From NCBI GenBank assembly GCA_029717555.1, contig JAMDHS010000049.1, forward strand, positions 1 through 64,000: 64,000 nucleotides of DNA. Direction: 5' to 3'. The notes below the pieces were generated by a model. It did not search any database. It saw only the letters and a program-made list of their open reading frames with translations, and was not told the DNA's origin. Below are positions 12,256 to 21,438 of the stretch, piece after piece. Every line of letters begins with the position of its first letter. Within the stretch, counting starts at the first letter, position 1. The stretch is from Peribolospora baueri (lineage: Eukaryota). A program made the translations under genes and the position numbers.

Positions 12256-14901
12256 TCATCCCGCCCAGTCCCAAAGCCACGCTCCGATGTCGAAGCGAAC
12301 TTCCTTGGCGAGCTGGCGCACCGTCTCGTACGACACGTTGGCGCGCAGGTGGATGCCGTCCAGCCTTTCCGTCGCCGACGTTCGGTGGAGAAGTCTGCAT
12401 GTTATAAGCGCGTTGATCTGCGAGGGAGCGTTTGCCCATGGGGAGAGGAGGGAGGGAGACGTGAGAACGGTCTACCTTCACGCTCAACAAGCCAAATACC
12501 TAACGACGGGGGACGGTTACCCACCTGATTCCACACTGCCAAGCTCTGCGCCTCCTCCTCAGCCACCTCCATCCCCTCCTCCTTTCGCACCATGGCGTCT
12601 TGTAACTCAGCTCCTTCTCTCTCAACTTTGTCCCCACTGACGTCAACGTCAATTTTGTCGGACTCGGCTCGAATGGCTTGAAAGATGGCAAGCATGCGCT
12701 CCAGAGGGAAAGGACGGGGTCCGAGCAGTTGTTGTCGGTCCTGATCACGCCGCGTGGGGCCGTCGGATCAGTAAGGCGACGACGAAAAGGGGAGAAGGCA
12801 CCGAGACGCTTGTCTGCCCCATGCGCTGCAACTCACCAAGCTCTCACCGTCTCCTTCCTCTCCCTTACCCCGCTTCCCACCGCCACCCGCCATCACTCTC
12901 CCTCCTCCGCGCTTCCTCTTCCTCCGACCCTCCAAAGCTTCCTCCCGCAAAAAGTAGCGCTTGTCTAGTCGACTGGGGTTGTACGAGGCAAGGAAAGAGG
13001 CAATCAAGATGTATTTAGAGATCGATGGGAGGACGAGGGTGGCCGTGGGTGTGGGCGGTTCAGTCGGTTGGCGTGGGCGGCCTAATCGTCATGACGTGAG
13101 TGAGCGAAACGGTGGACAGGACGGACGATGCAGAAAAGCAGACCGCGTCGCTCACCTGTTCCAAGCCCGCACACTCCGTCCTTGACCACCTCGACCTCCC
13201 TTCCTTCGGGCTCCTTCCGCCTCACGTCCCGAAGCCACTCGACACCCCACCTCTGCCTGGGATAGACCGTATCAAGTGCGGAGCGGAAAGTGCCCGAGGA
13301 GAGAGCCTTGAGTTGGGCTATGTCGGTCGGTGGCACTGAGAAGAAGTGGGACAGGTGTGATAAGCGTGCACACACATACATGAAAGTATATGGGCCGTTG
13401 GACGTTCTCCCGTCCGTAAACGGGTCAAGCAAACGAACGAAGCGCCCGCGCTCCAAACCGACACCGGGACCGGTCCTCTGCTCACACTCACCTCTTCCCT
13501 CCTTGACGGGCGCGACAAACTCCGGCCAAAGCACGGATGCAAGGTAGGCGAGCTCGTACAGTCCACACACCCTCGAGGAGAAAGTATCGTGTACGAGTGC
13601 GCAAAAGGCCGTGTGGAGCGGTTTGAGATCCGGGGGAGCCAGTCGGTCGTTGACGTTTTCAAGGGGAGAAGGGCGAGGGCGGTAGGAAAGGCCGAGGTGG
13701 GATATAATCTCTGGCAGAATCGTCGTCAGAGGTCCACGATGAGCGGGACCGAACCCACGGGGACCGACATGGGCATCTCAGCGTTCGCAATATTCAGAGC
13801 AGAGACGCAGGTTGACTAGGTCTCTCCCCAGCGCCCCTTTCACGCACCTTGCCGGCCCAACTTGGGCATATATATAAGAATCGGATCGGCCTGCGTTCCA
13901 GTAGAGGTCCTGAATTTATGCCACAACACTGGAGATAGGAATATGGTAGTGTACGCCATCGACGTCTTGGGTTCCGCGTGTTCGTATTTAGAAGGGGCAA
14001 AGGAGTCAGTTCGCTATCAATGAATAGCACTGATAGCCATCTGATTTCCAAATAGACAGCGTCCTAGGTCGACTCACGAGCTCGCCGATCCTCAAGAGGG
14101 CATCCCACGTCGTCGACCAAACGCCTTCCCTCATTCGCTCAGCGTCTTCCACGACGATGATTTTGGTGAACCGATCGCAGGTGGTCGGCAAAGACTTGAG
14201 CACATCGGTTTGATTCTCTCTCGACGGGAGAGAGGAAGAAGAAGATGATCCGCCGTGTCCGTCGGCATGAGCAGCGCTTTCATTGCGCGAGTTGGCCAGA
14301 TCCCTTAAACCTTCCAGGAAGGCATCGAGGCTATCGTCCCTGCCTTTCCCCTTTCCCTTCTCACCACGACTTACACCATCATCCTCGTCGTCCTCGTCCC
14401 CGTCGCCCGAGTGTGAGAAGGACGGGGAAAGACCGCGAAGGATGCGGTCGTAGAAAACGCGTGGATTGGGGCATGTTGCGGGTGAGACCGAGACGTAGAC
14501 AGATGAAGAGCGGCGGTGTGAATTCGCTTGGGAAGGCAAAATCGAGGTTGAAGAGGGAGGAAGGGAAGATAAAAGGTCGCGGAGGAGGGAGGATGTGAGG
14601 GCGGGGGTGTGAGCGTCTTGGATGAAGATGGATGGAGGAGCTAGTTGCGAGGGCTGTCCGGGGCGATGAGTGAGTAGTGCAAAATAAGGCCAGCGGTTGG
14701 TGGGATTCAGCCAGTCAGTCCATCTTGGAACGATTCCATGTCGTCGAGCGTTTCTGTAGGGACATGCAGCATGTCGGAAGACCTCACATCGTAGCAAAGA
14801 TGGAGCAAGGTCTCCATCTGTCGTCGCCGTCCGGGGTACCGAGCGGCGAGACCTTCGAGGAGAGCTTGCCTGTGACCTTCCAGCGAAGACGCCTGTGTCA
14901 T
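12256..14901 (-). CDS. ORC5: Origin recognition complex subunit 5 (multi-exon)
   Basis: RYPGRRRQMETL, IIVVEDAERMRE, ELAYLASVLWPEFVAP, IASFLASYNPSRLD, LLGPRPFPLERMLAIF, and C-terminal RANVSYETVRQLAKEVRFDIGAWLWD. Confidence 0.88.
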
Positions 14902-15079
14902 CTCCAATGCGAACTGGAGCTGCGTTCTGATTTTGAGTAGTCTATGAAGGAAGGAGGAAAAAGTTGAAGGACTTGCAATCGCCGTCAACTGGAATGGCCG
15001 ACCATCTCGTCTCGAGCCGGACTTATTCTCGTTCGACTGATCGACGTCGAGGTGCACGTGATCGCCACCGTCCCGGTAA

Positions 15080-15937
15080 CGGAGCACGTCATGAGCCTCC
15101 GAAGAATTCTTGTACTCGTTATTGTAAAATAAAGACACGTTACTGTATAATATGGGCACCTCTCTGCAGTCTATATAACGGCCTAAATGTTAATTAAGGA
15201 TGCACAAAAGTCAATATCAATCACCATAATGTCATTCTTGATAGTAAAGAATGTAGAAAGTCAAACAGCTCAATAGTCCATCTTGCTTTTGTCGGCTCCA
15301 TCCATCCATCATCCATCCTTCCATCCATCCCTCCATCCATTCCTCCATCCATTCCTCCATCCATTCCTTCATCCCTCTACCACCCCTCGCCTCTCGGTCC
15401 CAACGCGAGTGACGAAGAGGAGCGGGATCGAGCGTGTACTTTCCTCTTTCTTTTTACCCTTATCTTCTCTGTTCGTTTCTTTGTGTCCATACATACGTAT
15501 TCAATCCTTTCTGACTCGAAGCACGTTTTCGATCCGACAATCGCTTCGAAGGACGACATGGTACGATACGCGATTAGTGGCACCCTGTTTGTTTTACGCC
15601 GACTGCTCTACATGTAGACTACCAGTCGGCCGTGTGCCGCATGTGGAAGACGCTTGCGTTCGACGGTATATCGCATCGTGCTGCGCTGTGCTTGGCTCTG
15701 AAGGTCGGCCGTGTGTTTGTTGGTCCGAGATGAATCAGAAGGCGTTGCAGGAAAACCATTCGGACAGGCAAGATGAAGATTCGACAACTCAAGATTAATG
15801 TTTGGGTAAACATGATGAATGTTTGGCAACTCATGATTATTTATATCTGGGTAAACAAGATGTATGTTGGCTATAAACAGGATTAATGTTTGGGTAAGTA
15901 TGATTTACAGACGTCGTTATGTCAATGGTACTAGGGA
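15080..15937 (-). mobile_element. Non-coding element copy 2 (A end, CCAT microsatellite, core, B end); inverted relative to copy 3
   Basis: Reverse complement aligns with 19653-20222 and 20591-20907. A array has 2 units (15118-15159); B array has about 6 units (15773-15902). Confidence 0.85.
15298..15376. repeat. Degenerate (CCAT)n / CTCCATCCATTC microsatellite inside element copy 2
   Basis: Directly visible; absent from copy 3. Confidence 0.85.
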
Positions 15938-16226
15938 CGCGCATCTTATCGTGTAGTGCTGCGGCGATCTTCATACTCGTCGTCCGTCCCGACTTCGCTC
16001 CTCGTCGCAGACAGCCGCCAACAGTCCTTAGACGGGCGGGCGGTGAGAGAGCTTCCATCAACGTATTGTGGACGGCCACCTATTTGCCTGTTTTACGAGG
16101 CTCCTGACTCTTTTAGGGGCTTCCTGTCCTTCTGGGTCGGCGTCTCGTCTCCTCTTTCCGCATTCTTCCCCAGCAGAACGCGTCATTTGATTGCACCACA
16201 ACTCGCCAGCATCGACCTTTGTCTGC

Positions 16227-19224
16227 ATGGAAATGACCCTACTGGCCTGGCCTTTCCTGCTCACCGCACCTCCCTTCTTGGCTCTCTCTTCGGCGTCTTT
16301 CCTTAACCCCGTGTACGGCTCCGCCGGGCCTTCGCTCTCCCACACCGCCCTCCTCCTTCTCTTCTCGCCCTTGGCGGCAGCGTCCACTCGCGTTTCCCGT
16401 CGTGCAGGCGCGCGATCCAATCGTATTTCTCGAGCTTTGCTTGGCCCTTTGCGCGCAGATGTTGCGCTGCAGTGGATTGGCCTGTTCGGCATCGCCGCTC
16501 CCGCGCTGCTCAGCCCCGCGACGAACCGTCTAGTCGACCCCGTCCTCGACGCGCTCGGAAGGTGGGGTGTTTTTGAAGAGCGAGCGCACGTAGGCTCGGC
16601 GGAGGTGGTGGTTGCACCCGCATTGGTCCAAGCTCTTGTGATTGGGCTCGCATTTTGGATCGCCGGCAGGGCGCTCCTGCCCCCCTTGGTCAGCGCCTTG
16701 ATCCCATCAGCAGCCCGGGGCGCTAAGCGTGGCGGTTACGTCCTCGCCTTGACGATCTACGCCGCCCTGGTGCAGGTTTCCAGCCTTTTGACGAGCGTGC
16801 TGTCCCACCTGTCCCTCTTCGACACGCGCTTGCCCGTTCCTCGCGGCTCTCTTGTGCGCATCGACTTCGAGCAGCCCGAGCGATCAGCCGATATGCTCCA
16901 CTCGGTCGTAGCTTTGAACCTCTCCTTTGACCCATTCGGCACCGAGCTGCCCGACGACTGGTGCCCCTTCGAAGCTTGGGTACAATCTCACACCTTAGCC
17001 CGCGCTGGGGATGGCAGGTTGGCCTGTGATCCGGCCCAGTTGGGATGGAGGCAGGCTTGGAGTTGCTACAGCCGAGGACGGTGCGGAAGGCTTGTCATGG
17101 TCGGCCTCCTCCTCCTGCTGGTTGGCGCTGTCATCACTCTGCTAGAGAAGGTCGCAAGCGGGGCTCAAGACGAGTATCTACGCCCGAAGCGAGGGTCTGA
17201 AGATGACGACCGTCTACATGGCTCCCATCCCCCCTCGAAGGAATCTCGTAAGCGCGAGTCCCGGGAGAGACGCATTTCAACCAGATCCAAGCCTTCGGCC
17301 GGCCCTTTGTCATTCCAAAGCTCATCAAATGAACGGCTACGACGCCCCACTCCACCTGAGCATCGCCGAAACCGCAGCGGTCCCGACCTGTGCTGGGCCT
17401 TCGCTCGTCTCCTCTTAGCTCCTTGCCTGTTTCTGTTTGCAACGACCCATGCCCCGGGATGCTCGATACCTCCGCCATTGTTGCGACGCGCGTTTTTTCA
17501 AAACACCACCTCCGCGAGCAACTTAACCTGCCCTGGCTGTGAAGACATCAGTGGCTGGACGTCCATCGCCTCCATACCGGGTTCCAACACGGGCGCGCTC
17601 TCCGTCCTCTCCTACTATCCCAATGCGCTCCGTAAACGATCGGGGGTGCGAATGGCGTCGTCATCGTCAGAAAAGAGTCGAGACTTTTTTTTGCAGGCCA
17701 TACCCTTTCCCCTTCGTCTATTGCGGGCCGATCATAGCCTCCTGGGAGGGCTTTGGATGCGGGCTGGCAGGGATATCTTTGTGGGGGAGGTGGAATCGGA
17801 GGAGGAGGAGCGAAGACGAGTGAAAGAGTCTCTCGAGGTGCAGGAGAGCGTATACAGCAATTTCCATTGGTGATATGGTCTTGCTTGCGTTCATGCGCCG
17901 TATCAGCGTGTTTGTGATCTGACTCATGTCATATCCTCTTTTCTTTTCCGTTTACTTTTCAGGCTTGAAGGTCTTCAATTGGTAGAGCGAGACGGTGGAT
18001 TTGGGAATGACGACGGAAGCGTTTCGAGCCAGAAGCCGGGGGAGGGTTCGGTTCGAGCGGAGCGACGAGAGAAAGTCTTCATCATGTAAGCGGCCCACGT
18101 TTCGAGCGTCCTGCTAACGTCGGACGTATTGAGAGGCACAAGATCCAATTTCTCGCCGCGGGCTGACATCCATCCTTTTGTGCCACAGTGGCCTGGGTGC
18201 GGGAATTGTGTCAAGCGCATTCTCCTCGCTCAGTTCACGGCCCCATGTCACAGCGGCCGAGCTCGACCCCGGAGTGTACGTCCTGAGCCGTAGGTTCTTC
18301 GGCCTGAAAAGGCCGGATGTGCTCTGGATTGGGGACGGTAGGGAGGCGTTGAGGAAGGAGACGAAGACGTTGCAGGGCGATCAATCGACAGAGGGCGAAG
18401 AAGGCAGCTTCGATTTCATCGTTCGTGAGTTCGACCTTGAGGCGTAACTGGATGAGGGCGTCTCAAACGTTCCGCGTTTTCTGGCAGACGACGTCTTCTC
18501 TGGGACGCTTCCAGAGCCCATGTTTACACTTGAGGTTTGGCAAGAAGTACGGAAGGCGTTGAGGAACGATGGAGTCCTGGCGGTGGTATGTTTTCTCGAG
18601 TTTCTCCGCCTCGTTTCACATTCCACTCTGTCGCTGAGCTGGACGTCTTCCCTGGATATGTCGCAGAATTTCGTTCTCACACCTTTCTCGCCTGCGTCCC
18701 GCATCTTGCTGCGCACTCTGCTGCGAGTCTTCGACGAGGAGAACTGCACAGCCTTTGTGGAAAGGCAGGGAGGCGGGAGCGGAGGAGAAGGAGAATGGTG
18801 GTGGAAATTGAAACCGCAACCGACGAACGTTGTGAGGAAGCGACGAGTGTTTTGTCTGCGTAGCTCGTGGCTTTATCCGTTCATTTTCCCTAACCCCCTT
18901 CGTTCATGTGACGGGTCGCAGGTTGTCTTCTGTTCCCCGTCACGGGCCATACGCCTTCGACCTTACGTGCGGTCTGCAAGATCTCGCAACCCGACGCGAG
19001 ATCATCACCTCGCCGAGCTCCCGTCTCTTCGGGTCCCCCTGGCTGCGCTTCTCTCACTGAGGACGAGCGACAGGGAGGCGGCGGGAAGTGGGGACGAGCA
19101 GGTCTTGCTCCGAGACGGTGACGTCGGGGCACGATGGATATCAGACATGATGCGTCCGGCCGCTCTGGAGCATTGGCGCACCATGAGAGGCGTCCTCCCG
19201 CGTCGGGTGTGGGAGGCATGGTGA
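16227..19224 (+). CDS. Membrane-anchored spermidine/spermine-synthase-like SAM-dependent methyltransferase (multi-exon)
   Basis: Hydrophobic N-terminal half, then LRLLRADHSLLGGLW, spliced IIGLGAG (SAM motif I), AELDPGV, GDGR, IVHDVFSG, GVLAVNF, and C-terminal HWRTMRGVLPRRVWEAW*. Start codon uncertain. Confidence 0.8.
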
Positions 19225-19687
19225 CCGATTCTCGACGCTCCTGTAGCTGCCATGGCGAGACGTCCTGGTTCCCCCCTCTCCTTATAGAATCTTACGTCTA
19301 TCCCTACATCGATACTCTTGACGACGTTATCCCTTCAGATCTCAGCGCCGCACCTTCACCTCTCCCATCCTGGCACGCTCGCTCACGTTCGCGGACGCAT
19401 TTTATTGCTCGGCTCATGTACAAGCACAGCACAAGACTAGCTGCCTCGGGACGGTGAGACGAGCGTTGGTGAGGAGCCCAGACAAGGGGTTATATCTGGA
19501 ATGCAAGTGTCGTTGGACGGAAAAAAAAATGTGCTGAGAAGCCAGAGAATGGCATCGAGCGCGTGTCCACATTCACGACGTACGCACATCCTGAGAACAT
19601 GTCCTTCCTCCGTCCGAGGCTTGACTCTCGACTTTACATAACACCGTTAGAGTGCCTAACACTATTGGCAAAAGGACGTCTGCAAAA

Positions 19688-19834
19688 CATATTTACCCAG
19701 ACATTAATCTTGTTTATTCGAACATAAATCATGATTACCTCAACATAAATCTTATTTACCCAAACATTAACCTTGAGTTGTCAAACATTCATCATGTTTA
19801 CCCAAACATTAATCTTGAGTTGTCGAATCTTCAT
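19688..19834 (+). repeat. 21-bp tandem array, type B (consensus C[A/T]TGTTTACCCAAACATTAAT), 7 units
   Basis: Seven consecutive 21-nt degenerate units; counterpart at 15773-15902 on the minus strand. Confidence 0.9.
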
Positions 19835-20222
19835 CTTGCCTGTCCGAATGGTTTTCCTGCAACGCCTTCTGATTCATCTCGGACCAACAAACACACGGCC
19901 GACCTTCAGAGCCAAGCACAGCGCAGCACGATGCGATATACCGTCGAACGCAAGCGTCTTCCACATGCGGCACACGGCCGACTGGTAGTCTACATGTAGA
20001 GCAGTCGGCGTAAAACAAACAGGGTGCCACTAATCGCGTATCGTACCATGTCGTCCTTCGAAGCGATTGTCGGATCGAAAACGTGCTTCGAGTCAGAAAG
20101 GATTGAATACGTATGTATGGACACAAAGAAACGAACAGAGAAGATAAGGGTAAAAAGAAAGAGGAAAGTACACGCTCGATCCCGCTCCTCTTCGCCACTC
20201 GCGTTGGGACCGAGAGGCGAGG

Positions 20223-20590
20223 TGTCAGGGAAGACTTCCCTACTCAGGTCGGATCACGAGCAAGGGACTGAGGACGGAATGGAGGTCCACCGGAAGTCGA
20301 CGCAAAGCAAGGAGCAGGCAAGTCGGGGACAGGGACGAGGACAGGAACGAGGATGGGACGGAGGCTGGGACAGAGGTGCTGATGCTGGACATGGAATTCT
20401 GGAGGAAACCTGAGCGGTGACAAAAGTATTCTTAGCTTGGGGAGGAAAGATGTGACGCCCTGTCGGGCTCTCTTTATATACACGATCATGAACCCGTACA
20501 GCGCCGCAGCTCCTCTATTCCAGCCTTGCAACACCGCAGCTCCTATGTCTGAGTCTATGAGCACGAGGTTCTGAGCGGAGGTCTGTGACA
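20223..20590 (-). mobile_element. Solo-LTR-like insert, 368 bp
   Basis: Begins TGTCA and ends TGACA. TATATAAAG on the minus strand at 20472-20480. Absent from the homologous position of copy 2. No matching target-site duplication. Confidence 0.7.
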
Positions 20591-20724
20591 TGGAGCCGAC
20601 AAAAGCAAGATGGACTATTGGGCTGTTTGACTTTTACATTCTTTGCCGTCAAGAATGACATTATGGTGATCGATATTGACATCTGCGCATCCTTAATTAT
20701 CATTCAGGCCGTCAAAGACTGCAG

Positions 20725-20872
20725 AGAGCCATATTCTACTATAACGTGTCCATATTCTACAATAACGTGTCTATATCCTACCCTAAGGTATCTATATTCT
20801 ACAGTAATGTGTCCATATCCTACAATAACGTGCCCATATTCTACAATAACATGTCTATATTTCTACATTAAC
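20725..20872 (+). repeat. 21-bp tandem array, type A, 7 units
   Basis: GTGTC[C/T]ATATTCTACAATAAC-like units, the same consensus as 402-504. Confidence 0.95.
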
Positions 20873-21438
20873 GGGTCCAAGGATTTTGGCAAACGTGCCG
20901 TGCTCCGTAAGATGCGCGCCGGAGTGATGGGCGTTCAGCGTTAAGTTGGCCAGGAGGACGATGATCATGACAACGACACTCGCTGGCATCATCATCAGCC
21001 ATGGTGGCCACTGCAGACACGGCCTTAGTGCTAAGAAGTCAACGGCATCGACGTTAGACGAACTGGATCGTGTTTCTCGGAGACATCCTCGGGCCTGGGC
21101 GAGGAACGAGTCTGGCAGACACCGACGCGTTCCGCTTTCTGCACCTCATCCTGACCTCTTAACGGTCTCAATTCATCTCCCGGGTACGAGGTCGTGGCGG
21201 AGGATTTAGACATTGCCTTTCGTCGCGCACCAATAGACGTCGACATTGGCATATTTGTAGAGGGGGATAAGGTATCACGCCGCAGAGACCCCGTCTGCTC
21301 TACCAGTGGCGAGCATGCGCATCGTGTGGCCTTGCAAAATCCAATTCACGTGCGATGACACCCCACGAATCTATGGCCATGTAATGCCCTACTTCTCGCC
21401 GCTTGCCCCGCGTGGAGTGGATTGTACCTATAATTCTA

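Larger units (their letters stand above)
19653..20907 (+). mobile_element. Non-coding element copy 3 (B end, core, nested solo LTR, A end)
   Basis: Inverted homology to 15080-15937; A end also matches 360-551. Confidence 0.85.

Noticed and set aside
15283..15798. 171-aa ORF in the element core as a transposase or cargo gene
   Set aside because: Non-ATG start, runs through a microsatellite, and has no recognisable motifs. Identity between copies reflects DNA identity.
15920..15940. CTAG at the element end as a Helitron 3' terminus
   Set aside because: Copy 3 has TTAG at the same position, there is no A/T insertion site or subterminal hairpin at the right distance, and an apparent TSD is present.
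19652..20944. Heptapeptide-repeat ORFs (YPNINLV, YSTITCP) resembling the Pol II CTD
   Set aside because: They are a by-product of 21-bp periodicity. Copies carry frame-breaking indels (19- and 22-nt units) and there is no gene structure.
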